Source: an uncultured Fretibacterium sp. (lineage in GTDB: Bacteria > Synergistota > Synergistia > Synergistales > Aminobacteriaceae). From it: a stretch of 64,000 nt of DNA. The stretch lies in the NCBI GenBank assembly GCA_963548695.1, contig CAUUWA010000003.1:5982-69981 (forward strand), in the 5' to 3' direction. Positions 10,093-19,363 of this stretch are shown here, piece after piece; position 1 is the stretch's first letter, and each line of letters opens with the position of its first letter. The notes under the pieces were generated by a model. The model was not told the origin of the DNA. It did not search any database and saw nothing but the letters and a program-made list of their open reading frames with translations. A program made the position numbers and the translations under genes.

Positions 10093-10250
10093 ACTCAACG
10101 ACCACCGGCTTCCAGCCGGTGGTCGTTGAGTCGACGCCTCTCGCAGGTTTCCGCCAACACAACAAGAGCCTCCCCAGAGCTTCACCGTGTTTTCACCGGC
10201 AGTACCGTAGGATTCCTCACATCGAAGTGCTATGATGATGAGGTTGCGGA
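10093..10250 (+). mobile_element. IS200/IS605-family left-end remnant (no transposase)
   Basis: Perfect 18-bp hairpin ACTCAACGACCACCGGCT-TCC-AGCCGGTGGTCGTTGAGT followed by CACCGGCAGTACCGTAGGATT...TGCTATGATGA, resembling (from recollection) sequence upstream of Firmicutes IS200 tnpA. Confidence 0.6.
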
Positions 10251-10334
10251 GACAGGATGTCCCCCTCCTGCGGGAAGACCGGGAGCCCGCCGGAGCGAGT
10301 CGATTTTCCCGGAATCTGCAAGGAGATGGGATCG

Positions 10335-11459
10335 ATGTTCGCCCAAAGGCTCCGGGCCCTGACGAAAAAAGAGGCGCTTCAGATCGTGCGGGACCCCAGC
10401 AGCATCGTCATCGCTTTCATACTGCCGCTCACCCTGCTCTTCCTCTTCGGCTATGGCCTGTCCCTCGATGCCCGCGAGATCCGCCTTGGGATCGCGCTGG
10501 AGGACGGCGGACAACCGGCGCGGGACCTGGCCCGGCGGTTCGCCGGAAACCCCTACTTCAAGCCCGGCCTCGCCGCCTCGCGCCAGGATCTCCTGCCCGG
10601 GCTGGTCACGGGGGAGCTCAAGAGCGTCCTGATCGTCCCGCAGGGCACCTCCGCCGCCCTTTATTCGGGCCAAAGCCCAGGCCAAAATCCGGGCCGGAAG
10701 GCCACTCTCCAGCTGCTCACGGACGGGAGCTACCCCAACTCCGGCGCCCTGGCGGAGAACTACACGCTGGCCGCGATCCTTCAGTGGGGAGGGGAGCTGT
10801 CCCGCGCGTCGCTGCCCATCGCCGTGGAGCCCCATTTCCGCTACAACGACGGGCTGGAGAGCCGGTACTCGCTCATCCCGGGCATCATGGCCGTCATCAT
10901 GGCCCTGATCGGGACGATGCTCACGGCCCTGGTCGTGGCGCGCGAGTGGGAGCGCGGGACCATGGAGGCGCTCTTCTCCACGCCCGTCAGCGCACTGGAG
11001 CTCCTGCTGGGCAAGCTGATCCCGTACTACCTCCTGGCTATTTTCTCCACGTTCTTCAGCCTGGCCCTGGCCGTGTCGCTCTTCGGCGTCCCGTTCCGCG
11101 GCTCCCTGCCGGCCCTCTTCGTCGTGGCGTCGCTCTTCATGATGTCGGCGCTCGGGCACGGCCTGATCATCTCGACGCTCTCCAAAAACCAGTACGTCGC
11201 CTCCTTCGCCGCGCTGCTCTCCGCCTTCCTGCCCGTCGTGCTCCTGTCCGGCTTCATCTTCGAGCTGAACTCCATGCCGTTCCTCCAGAGGGCGATCGCC
11301 GCCGTCCTGCCGGCGCGGTACCTGGTGACCTGCCTCCAGACGCTCTTCCTGGCGGGCGACGTCTGGCCGCTCCTGATCCCCAACATGGCCAGGCTGGGGC
11401 TGCTCGGGCTGTTCTTCCTGGCCCTGACGCTCCGATACACCAAAAAGGTGCTGGCCTGA
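10335..11459 (+). CDS. ABC-2 type exporter permease (YbhS-like)
   Basis: KEALQIVRDPSS, AREWERGTMEALFSTP; RBS AGGAG. Confidence 0.9.
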   Translation: MFAQRLRALTKKEALQIVRDPSSIVIAFILPLTLLFLFGYGLSLDAREIRLGIALEDGGQPARDLARRFAGNPYFKPGLAASRQDLLPGLVTGELKSVLIVPQGTSAALYSGQSPGQNPGRKATLQLLTDGSYPNSGALAENYTLAAILQWGGELSRASLPIAVEPHFRYNDGLESRYSLIPGIMAVIMALIGTMLTALVVAREWERGTMEALFSTPVSALELLLGKLIPYYLLAIFSTFFSLALAVSLFGVPFRGSLPALFVVASLFMMSALGHGLIISTLSKNQYVASFAALLSAFLPVVLLSGFIFELNSMPFLQRAIAAVLPARYLVTCLQTLFLAGDVWPLLIPNMARLGLLGLFFLALTLRYTKKVLA

Positions 11460-11461
11460 CC

Positions 11462-12571
11462 ATGTTTGGGCGCATTCGTTCCCTGGTCGTCAAGGAGCTC
11501 TACGCCGTCCTGCTGGACCCGAAGACGCGCTTCCAGGTGTTCGTCGGGCCGTTCATCATGCTCTTTCTCTTCAGCTTCGCCATCACCATGGAGGTAAGGA
11601 ACGCCCCCTTGGCGGTCCTGAACCAGGACAACGGAGACCTGGGACGCAGGCTCGAGGCGGCCTTCACCGCGAGCCCTGCCTTCACGCACGCCTTCAGCCT
11701 GTCGAGCGTCCTGGAGGTCGAGCCGGCCATCGCCGAGCAGAGGGCGCTGATGGTCCTGCGCATCCCCGAGGGCTTCTCGGCGTCCCTGATGCGCGGCGAG
11801 CCGGCCTCCGTGCAGGTCATTCTGGACGGGCGGAAGGCCAACGCGGTCCAGATCGCCTACGGCTACGCCGTCTCCATCACGAGCGGCTTTGCCCGCGGGC
11901 TCAGGAAGACCCTCACCGGGGCCGACGCGCTCCTGTCCGTGGAGTCGCGCCAGCTCTTCAACCCAAATCATGACTACCTATGGTTCACCCTGCCGGTGCT
12001 GCTGGTGGTGCTGACTCAGATGCTGTCCCTTCTCGTCTCGGGCATGAGCGTCGCGCGCGAACGGGAGCTCGGGACGTTCGAGCAGCTTCTCGTCTCACCG
12101 CTCTCGCCCCTGGAGATCGTGGCCGGAAAGGCGCTGCCGGCCGCCGCGATCGCCCTCGGAATCGGAATTGCCATCCACATCCTGGCCCGCACGGTCTTCG
12201 GTGTGCCCTGCCTGGGAAGCCTGGGGCTGCTGACCCTCAGCTTCCTGCTCTTCATCCTGGCCTGCACGGGGGTGGGGCTCTTCATCTCCTCGCTCTGCAG
12301 CACGCAGCAGCAGGCGTTCCTGGGGGTGTTCACCTGCATGGTGCCCTTCGTCCTGCTCTCGGGGTTCGCCACGCCGATCGAAAACATGCCGCACGCCCTG
12401 CAGACCCTGACCCTGCTCAACCCCGCCCGTCACATCATCGTCATCGCCCTCGGCGTCTACCTCAAGGACGTTCCCCTGCGCGAGGTCACCGTGCAGCTCC
12501 TCTGGCTTTGCGGGATCGCGGCAACGACGCTCGGCGCCGCCGGATGGTTCTTCAAGCGCAGGATACAGTGA
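11462..12571 (+). CDS. ABC-2 type exporter permease (YbhR-like)
   Basis: MFGRIRSLVVKEL, ARERELGTFEQLLVSP, LSGFATPIENMP. Confidence 0.9.
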   Translation: MFGRIRSLVVKELYAVLLDPKTRFQVFVGPFIMLFLFSFAITMEVRNAPLAVLNQDNGDLGRRLEAAFTASPAFTHAFSLSSVLEVEPAIAEQRALMVLRIPEGFSASLMRGEPASVQVILDGRKANAVQIAYGYAVSITSGFARGLRKTLTGADALLSVESRQLFNPNHDYLWFTLPVLLVVLTQMLSLLVSGMSVARERELGTFEQLLVSPLSPLEIVAGKALPAAAIALGIGIAIHILARTVFGVPCLGSLGLLTLSFLLFILACTGVGLFISSLCSTQQQAFLGVFTCMVPFVLLSGFATPIENMPHALQTLTLLNPARHIIVIALGVYLKDVPLREVTVQLLWLCGIAATTLGAAGWFFKRRIQ

Positions 12572-12599
12572 CCGCCCGCCGCGCCGCTCGTTCCCGTTC

Positions 12600-12650
12600 G
12601 GGTTGCAAGGGCCTATGGCCCTTGCCGGGGTTCCGGGGCGGAGCCCCGGA
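12600..12650 (+). repeat. Double-hairpin REP-like element (copy 1)
   Basis: GCAAGGGCC-TAT-GGCCCTTGC then TCCGGGGC-GGA-GCCCCGGA. Confidence 0.65.
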
Positions 12651-12673
12651 AGTTGAGAAAAGGAGTCTTTGCC

Positions 12674-13720
12674 ATGAAAAAACGGTTTCTCCTTCTGTTT
12701 TTTATTTTCGCGGCCGTCCTCGGCGTACTTTACGCGACCGGGGAGCTCGAGGGGCTGATCGATCGCTTCCGCGAAAAGGACCCCAACCGGATAAGGCTCT
12801 ACGGCAACGTAGAGATCCGGCAGGTGCTCCTGGGCTTTCGCGTCCCCGGCCGCATCGAGGCTATTTACCGCGAGGAGGGCGAGAGGGTGGCGTCCGGCGA
12901 CCTGCTGGGCATTCTGGACCCCGTTCCCTACCGAATCAAGCGGTCGGAGGCCCGAGGGGCCATGCTCCAGGCGAAGGCGGCACTGGACAAGCTGCACCGT
13001 GGGTTCCGCACCGAGGAGGTCCGGGAGGCGGAGGCACGGCGCAACCGGGTCCGGGCCTCGCTGGACCTGGCCGAGAAGGACTATGGACGCATCTCCAACC
13101 TGTTCGCCCGGAAGGCCGTCGCCAAGAGCGATCTGGACCGGGCGGCGTCGCAGCGCAGCGCCCTGAGGGCGGAGCTCGCGGCGGCCGAGAACGCCCTGGC
13201 GTTGGTGCGCGAGGGCTACCGCAGGGAGGATATCGAGGCGGCCGAGGCAGCCTACGAGACTGCCAGCGCCCGGCTCGCGGAGGCCGAAAACGCCCTATCG
13301 GACACGGAGCTCCGTTCCCCGGCGGAGGGGACCATCCTGACCCGCGTCTCCGAGCCCGGGACCGTCGTGGGGGCGGGCCAGGTCGTCTACGCCCTGGCGC
13401 TCGAGCGGCCCATCCAGGTCCGGGCCTACATCCCGGAGCCGCAGCTCGGCCGGGTCCGGGTGGGGATGCCGGCACGCATCGTCACGGACTCGTCCCCCGA
13501 GCCCATCGAGGGCACGCTCACCTTCATCTCCCCGACGGCCGAGTTCACCCCCAAGCAGGTGCAGACCGAGGACCTGCGCACCGACCTGGTCTACCGCGCG
13601 CGGATCCTGGTGGAGGACGACAGGGACGGACGGCTCAAGAACGGGATGCCCGTCACCGTCCTGATGGAGGCCGTCTCGATGGAATCCAAAGAAGCCTCCG
13701 AGGGCACGGCGTCACGATGA
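12674..13720 (+). CDS. HlyD family membrane fusion protein (YbhG-like)
   Basis: YGNVEIRQV, lipoyl-like halves around a coiled coil, AEFTPKQVQTEDLRTDLVYR. Confidence 0.9.
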   Translation: MKKRFLLLFFIFAAVLGVLYATGELEGLIDRFREKDPNRIRLYGNVEIRQVLLGFRVPGRIEAIYREEGERVASGDLLGILDPVPYRIKRSEARGAMLQAKAALDKLHRGFRTEEVREAEARRNRVRASLDLAEKDYGRISNLFARKAVAKSDLDRAASQRSALRAELAAAENALALVREGYRREDIEAAEAAYETASARLAEAENALSDTELRSPAEGTILTRVSEPGTVVGAGQVVYALALERPIQVRAYIPEPQLGRVRVGMPARIVTDSSPEPIEGTLTFISPTAEFTPKQVQTEDLRTDLVYRARILVEDDRDGRLKNGMPVTVLMEAVSMESKEASEGTASR

Positions 13721-15513
13721 GCCCGGCCGAAAAGCGTCCGCCGGCGGAGCGCTTCTCGGACTCGCAGGTCGTCGTCGAGGGGCTGGTCCGCACCTTCGGC
13801 CGGCGCATCGCGCTGGACGGGATCACGGCGCGCGTCGCGGGGGGACGGATCACGGGCCTCGTCGGGCCGGACGGAGCGGGCAAGACGACGCTGCTGCGCC
13901 TGCTCTGCGGCCTGCTGACTCCCACCGGGGGGCGGGTCACGGTGTGCGGGTACGACACGGCGGCGGACGCTGACGCCATCCATGAACGGGTCGGCTACAT
14001 GCCGCAGCGGTTTGGGCTCTACGAGGACCTGACGGTTCAGGAGAACCTGAGCCTGTACGCCGAGCTGCGCTCCGTGCCCTGCGAGGAGCGCGCCGCACGC
14101 TACGCGGAGCTCCTCGCCTTCACCGGGCTCGGCCCCTTCACGGGCCGGCTGGCGGGCCGGCTCTCCGGAGGGATGAAGCAGAAGCTGGGGCTGGCCTGCA
14201 CGCTGCTCTCCCGGCCGCCCGTCCTGCTGCTGGACGAGCCGGGCGTGGGCGTGGACCCCCTGGCGCGGCGCGAGCTGTGGCGCATGGTGCGGGAGCTTCT
14301 GGCCCCGGACCGGATCGTCGTCTGGAGCACCGCCTATCTGGACGAGGCGGAGGCCTGCGACACGGTGCTGCTCCTCAACGAGGGTAGGCTGCTCTACGAC
14401 GGGACGCCGGAGGAGCTGGCGAAGCGCGTCGAGGGCCGGGTCTTCCTGCTGAGCGGGGCCGGCGGGAGGCGCCGGAAGCTGATCGCCCCCCTGATGGAGT
14501 GCAAGAGCACCCTGGACGCCGTCATCCAGGGCTCGAGCGTACGGGTCCTGACGAGCGACGACGGCACGGAGCTGAGGGGGAACCTGGACGCCCTCTCCCG
14601 TGAGGCCGGGATCGTCACGGCGTCCGGGGCCCCGGCCGGGCTCGAGCTCGGGCCGACGCCGCCCCGCTTCGAGGACGCGTTCATGCAGCTTCTGGGCGGG
14701 GCCCGGCGCGGCAGCGGTGCGGTGGCGGAGTTCTTCGGGGAGAAGGGGACGGGCGGCGTCTCCGTGGAGGCGCGGCACCTGACGAAGCGGTTCGGGAGCT
14801 TCACGGCGGTGGACGACGTCTCCTTCTCTATCGAGCGGGGCGAGATCTTCGGCCTCCTGGGGCCCAACGGGGCCGGGAAGTCCACCACGTTCAAGATGAT
14901 GTGCGGGCTGCTTACCCCCACGGAGGGCAGCTGCTCCGTGTCCGGCCTGGACTTCAGGATGGCGCCCGGCGCGGCGAGGGCGAAGCTGGGCTACATGGCA
15001 CAGAAATTCTCGCTATATGGGGACCTGACCGTGCTGCAGAACCTGCGATTCTTCTCGGGCATCTACGGTCTGAGGGGCGGAGCGGCGGTGGAGCGCGTGG
15101 TCGAGACGTTCGACCTGAGGCCCTATCTCTCCTCCCGAGCGGGCTCGCTGCCCCTGGGCTTCAAGCAGCGCCTGGCTATGGGCTGCGCCGTGATGCACGG
15201 GCCGGACGTCCTGTTTCTGGACGAGCCGACGAGCGGCGTGGACCCCGTGACGCGGCGTGAGTTCTGGACCTGCATCAACAGCTTCGCGCTGAAGGGCGTC
15301 ACCGTGATGGTGACGACGCACTTCATGGACGAGGCGGAGTACTGCGACCGCATCGCGCTGGTCTACCGCGGCAGGACCATAGCCTCCGGTCCCCCCGACG
15401 CGCTCAAGGCCTCCGTGCGGACGGACGAGCGCCCCGACCCCACCCTGGAGGAGGCGTTCATCGCCCTGATCGAGCGTCAGGACGCGGCGGGGGCCGCCGT
15501 CCCGAAGCCGTGA
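13717..15513 (+). CDS. ABC transporter ATP-binding protein, two ATPase domains (YbhF-like)
   Basis: GPDGAGKT and GPNGAGKS Walker A, LSGGMKQ, LDEP twice; ATGA overlap with previous gene. Confidence 0.92.
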   Translation: MSPAEKRPPAERFSDSQVVVEGLVRTFGRRIALDGITARVAGGRITGLVGPDGAGKTTLLRLLCGLLTPTGGRVTVCGYDTAADADAIHERVGYMPQRFGLYEDLTVQENLSLYAELRSVPCEERAARYAELLAFTGLGPFTGRLAGRLSGGMKQKLGLACTLLSRPPVLLLDEPGVGVDPLARRELWRMVRELLAPDRIVVWSTAYLDEAEACDTVLLLNEGRLLYDGTPEELAKRVEGRVFLLSGAGGRRRKLIAPLMECKSTLDAVIQGSSVRVLTSDDGTELRGNLDALSREAGIVTASGAPAGLELGPTPPRFEDAFMQLLGGARRGSGAVAEFFGEKGTGGVSVEARHLTKRFGSFTAVDDVSFSIERGEIFGLLGPNGAGKSTTFKMMCGLLTPTEGSCSVSGLDFRMAPGAARAKLGYMAQKFSLYGDLTVLQNLRFFSGIYGLRGGAAVERVVETFDLRPYLSSRAGSLPLGFKQRLAMGCAVMHGPDVLFLDEPTSGVDPVTRREFWTCINSFALKGVTVMVTTHFMDEAEYCDRIALVYRGRTIASGPPDALKASVRTDERPDPTLEEAFIALIERQDAAGAAVPKP

Positions 15514-15640
15514 CGCGGGTCCGGCCGGCGTGAGACGGGCCCGGGACGGCCCCGTCCGCAACCCGGCAGTCCTCTTCGGTCTCTCCGCTTTTTCCGTGGC
15601 CCTGGCAACAGACGCCCTCCGCCCTTCGTGTCAGAATAGG

Positions 15641-15680
15641 TCCCATAAAGTTGGCTTGAACCAACTTTATGGGATTTTTT
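15641..15680 (+). terminator. Intrinsic terminator after the ABC exporter operon
   Basis: TCCCATAAAGTTGG-CTTGAA-CCAACTTTATGGGA followed by TTTTTT. Confidence 0.75.
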
Positions 15681-15782
15681 GGTTGTCGGGAGCCTGTCCC
15701 TGATTGAAATCAGGGTTTGCTTCCCTGGAGAAATGCTTGGAGAAATGGTGGAGGAATGGTGGAAGAATGGAGGTCGATCGAG

Positions 15783-16886
15783 ATGAAGAGGTGTAAGAGG
15801 CTCCGTTCCCGGCTTGTTAGAGCTGTGGTGGTCCTTGCCGTGGCGCTGACCTGGCCGGGGAGCTCGGAGGCGCGGACGGTACGGGACCACCTGGGCCTCG
15901 ACGTGGATCTGCCCGAGAAGATCGAGCGCATCGCCGTCGTGGCGCCGCTGCCGCTGGCCTCGGTGGTCGCCGTGTATCAGGGAGGCGACGTGAGAAACCT
16001 GGTGGGGATACCGCCGGACCTGCTCAACACGGCGCGGCGCTCCGTGCTGGGGAAGTACGCGCCCGGCCTGCTCTCCGTGTCCAGCGACTTCTACAAGGGA
16101 GGGTCCCTGAACATCGAGGAACTGCTGAACCTGAAGCCAGACGTCGTCTTCTACTCCGGCGCCGTTCACACGGAGACGTACAAAAAAGCGGGGATCCCCG
16201 CGGTGGCCTTCACCCACCCCAACATCGGCGGATCGGTCAGCACGCTCCGCACCCTGGAGATGTGGCTGGACCTCATGGAGCAGGTCCTGGGCGGGGAGAA
16301 CAAGGCCAGGGGCATCGTCGCCTACGGCAGGGAGGTCGAGGCGGAGATCGCCCGGCGCGTCCGGGACATTCCTCGGGAGAAGCGCGCCAGGGTCCTGATC
16401 CTGAGCAACTACAACGATACGGCGATCAGCGTATCGGGCCGGAAGACCTTCGGGGAGTACTGGTGCGACGCCGTTGGAGCCGTGAACGTGGGACTGGACG
16501 TCGGGAAGAAAAACGTCAACATGGAACAGATCTACGACTGGGCGCCCGACAAGGTGTTTCTGACGACGTTCACGGCCCTGGTCCCGCAGAACCTGTACGA
16601 CAACACGGCGGGCCCCGGTCACGACTGGAGCCACGTCCCTGCGGTCAGAAACCGGGACTGCCACAAGTTCCCGCTGGGCATGCACCGCTGGTGGCCGCCC
16701 TGCACCGATACGCCCCTGGCCCTGTGGTGGTTTGCGAAGGCGGTCTACCCCGATCTTTTCGAGGACATCGACATCCCCCTGAAGGTGAAGGAGTACTACG
16801 GCAGATTCTACGGCATGGAGCTCACGGACGGGGAGGTCGAAAAGCTCCTTTCACCCGGGGCCGAGATGCGGCGGGACTTTTTCTGA
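15783..16886 (+). CDS. Fe-siderophore/cobalamin-type ABC substrate-binding protein
   Basis: Signal peptide, RTVRDHLG..V.LPEKIERI, NIEELLNLKPDVV, VPAVRN; RBS GGAGG. Confidence 0.85.
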   Translation: MKRCKRLRSRLVRAVVVLAVALTWPGSSEARTVRDHLGLDVDLPEKIERIAVVAPLPLASVVAVYQGGDVRNLVGIPPDLLNTARRSVLGKYAPGLLSVSSDFYKGGSLNIEELLNLKPDVVFYSGAVHTETYKKAGIPAVAFTHPNIGGSVSTLRTLEMWLDLMEQVLGGENKARGIVAYGREVEAEIARRVRDIPREKRARVLILSNYNDTAISVSGRKTFGEYWCDAVGAVNVGLDVGKKNVNMEQIYDWAPDKVFLTTFTALVPQNLYDNTAGPGHDWSHVPAVRNRDCHKFPLGMHRWWPPCTDTPLALWWFAKAVYPDLFEDIDIPLKVKEYYGRFYGMELTDGEVEKLLSPGAEMRRDFF

Positions 16887-16956
16887 TGCCGTCCCGAGGC
16901 GCTCCGGGCTTTCGTTCTTGACCGAGTGCGGGTTTTGAGCAAAGGAGGATTTTCGA

Positions 16957-17447
16957 TTGAACATGAGTGCGGATTTTTTTGACGCGATCCTGAACCGTCC
17001 GGATCCGAACCTCTCCGAGTCCGAGGACTTCTGGGACGCTAAGGCCGAGCCCTTTTTCGCCTGCAAGCGAACCTACGGCACGAGCCTGACGGACCGGGTG
17101 GTCCGATACCTCTCCGACGAGGGGATGCTTGGTCCGGGGGCCTCCGTCCTGGACGTCGGGTGCGCCTATGGACGCTACGCCCTGCCCTTCGCCGCAGCCG
17201 CGAGGGACGTGACCGCCGCGGACATCTGACGGGGACGGAGTGGCGAAAAGTCTTCGAGGAGTGCGGCTTTTCCGGCCTCAAGGTCCGGGAGGGGCCCATC
17301 ACCCTCATGAGCTTCAAGGGAATGATTTACGACGAAGGGCTCTGGGGCGCGATGCGGATCTTCCTGAACGGGCGGAAGAAGGAGAATCGGGAGTTCTTCG
17401 GGCGGATGTCCGGTTTCTTCAATGCCGTCGTCGGCACCAAGGCCTGA
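16957..17447 (+). pseudogene. Broken class I SAM-dependent methyltransferase (N-terminal fragment joined out of frame to a C-terminal fragment)
   Basis: RBS AAGGAGG; SVLDVGCAYGRYA motif I then stop at 17229; another frame carries EWRKVFEECGF...GPITLMSFKGMIYDEG to 17447. Confidence 0.65.
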
Positions 17448-17545
17448 GCGGGATCCCTGCGGAGATTGCCGACATACGCGACAAAAGGGAGGAAGCGGGA
17501 TTTCCCCGCCTCCTCCCTTTTCGTACCCTTTCACATTGCCATCCC

Positions 17546-19192
17546 CTACCGCATCAAGGCGTAGCGCTCGACGGGTGCGAAGGCATCGGTGAACGCCGGG
17601 ACCGAGGCCTGGAAACCCTCGAGCCACTGATGCTCCAGCAGGCTCACGACGGCGGGCTCCGGGACCGGCGGCACGGCGGGCAGCTCCCGAGACCGGAAGG
17701 CCACGATCATCAGGTTTTGCCGGGACAGCGCATACCTGGGGTCGGAGGCGGACGCCGGGAAGATCAGGAGTCTTGGAAATACCGAATCAAGCGCAGCATA
17801 AATTCCGTGGAACACCCCGCTGCGGGGCCCCTGTAGCGAGGCGATGACGTTGACGATCAGCACCCCGTCCGGCCTTAACAGCTCGTACATGCGCTGCGCG
17901 GCCTCTACCGTCGTCAGGTAGAAGGGGATGGAGTACCACGACCCGAAGACGTCCATGAAGACGGCATCATAGGAGCCCTGACGTCCGGGGTCCCGCGCCT
18001 CCCGATTCAGGAACGCCCGCGCATCCTCATGAAAGATGCGCAGATGCGGGTCCTCCGGGATGGAAAAATAGCGCCGCGCCGCCTCCGTGATGCCGGGGTC
18101 CAGCTCGACGACGTCGAACGAGACCCCGGGACGCTCCGCCAGGACATGTCGGGGCACGCAGTAGCCCCCGCCGCCCAACATCAGAATATTTTTCGTGTCG
18201 GGCTTGAAGTGGAAGGCGAGGTCGTAGAACTTCGTGTAGTCGCTCACGAGCTCGTTGGGATCGTCCGTGTACATCAGGGACTGCGCGCCCTGCGGGTCCG
18301 TCATCAGAATCCGGACGCGCCGCCCATCCGCCTGATTGCTCTCCACGATGGAGATGTGATTGTAAGGCGTATCGATATGCATGCCCACGGGCGTCATCGG
18401 CAGCCCTCCCTTTGCCGCGGACACGGTGGCCGCGGCGAGCAGGAACAGGACCGGGAGGGTGATCCTCCAGGCTGACAGGCGGAGCAGCAAGGCCAGAACG
18501 GCCAGGACCGTCGCCAGCATCAGGAGGATGACCCCCGACGGGGCGAGGGAGATCAGGATGAACCCCCCCAAAAAGGTCCCCAGGATGCTGCCCGCGGACG
18601 AGAGCGCCGAGAAGCGTCCCACCGTCCCCCCGGAGGTGTCGACGTCGTCCATCGCGAGGCGGACGACGAAGGGGGAGACCATGCCCAGGAGCAGGCTTGG
18701 GATGGCGAAGATCAGCAGGGCCGCGAGGACCGACACCAGGTAAAGGTTCAGGTCCAGCCCGCCGAGGAACGAGAGCACTGCGTTGCCCGCCCACGCCAGG
18801 CAGCCCGTGCAGACCGCGGACAGGAGGACGATCCGTGCCAGCACGCGGCGCTCCGGGCGCCGGTCCGCCAGAAGCCCTCCCGCCCAGTTGCCCGCACAGA
18901 GGCTCGCCATGACAACCCCGATCAGGGCCGTCCACACGACCAAGGACGTCCCAAAAAAGGGCGCGACGAGGCGCGAACCCGTCATCTCCAGGACCATGAC
19001 CCCCGCACCGCACAGGAAAGACGTGGCCTCCAGCAGCCCAAAGCCCCGGCGCGTTGGGCTGGGCGATTCTGCGGCTCCAATCTTTTTCAAGGTAAAGGGG
19101 AACGCCTCCTCCTTCTCTTTCTCCTTCTTCAGTTCCATATTCTCATCCACAAGCGGATGTTGTCCGGTGGACTTCCGATTTTTAGCTTTCAT
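17546..19192 (-). CDS. Fused membrane (MFS-like)/spermidine synthase-like protein
   Basis: N-terminal TMs (GVMVLEMTGSRLVAPFFG), LMLGGGG, VELDP, EDAR, MDVF; start uncertain (19192 or 19138). Confidence 0.85.
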   Translation of the reverse strand: MKAKNRKSTGQHPLVDENMELKKEKEKEEAFPFTLKKIGAAESPSPTRRGFGLLEATSFLCGAGVMVLEMTGSRLVAPFFGTSLVVWTALIGVVMASLCAGNWAGGLLADRRPERRVLARIVLLSAVCTGCLAWAGNAVLSFLGGLDLNLYLVSVLAALLIFAIPSLLLGMVSPFVVRLAMDDVDTSGGTVGRFSALSSAGSILGTFLGGFILISLAPSGVILLMLATVLAVLALLLRLSAWRITLPVLFLLAAATVSAAKGGLPMTPVGMHIDTPYNHISIVESNQADGRRVRILMTDPQGAQSLMYTDDPNELVSDYTKFYDLAFHFKPDTKNILMLGGGGYCVPRHVLAERPGVSFDVVELDPGITEAARRYFSIPEDPHLRIFHEDARAFLNREARDPGRQGSYDAVFMDVFGSWYSIPFYLTTVEAAQRMYELLRPDGVLIVNVIASLQGPRSGVFHGIYAALDSVFPRLLIFPASASDPRYALSRQNLMIVAFRSRELPAVPPVPEPAVVSLLEHQWLEGFQASVPAFTDAFAPVERYALMR

Positions 19193-19363
19193 GAACGATC
19201 AGACCCATCACTAAAACCCATCATCATAACCGTCAGCACCTCTCGAAGAAACGGCAAAAAGCCATTCGACCGAAAGTTTCCCAAAAGTCCCTGCCTCCGG
19301 CAAGGCACGCCTCCCATTCTACCAGAGGCGAGCTGCCAGAGGTGAGGAAAAGTGTGGAAACGC

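Noticed and set aside
10232..15513. 779-aa and 1177-aa ORFs as giant fusion proteins
   Set aside because: N-terminal parts overlap other real genes; true starts are at 11462 and 13717
15514..15720. Cobalamin riboswitch before the binding-protein gene
   Set aside because: Only a terminator is visible; no B12-box or GGGAA/GCCACTG core
17227..17229. Selenocysteine read-through of the TGA in the methyltransferase fragment
   Set aside because: In-frame continuation is not protein-like and soon stops; the similarity continues in a different frame
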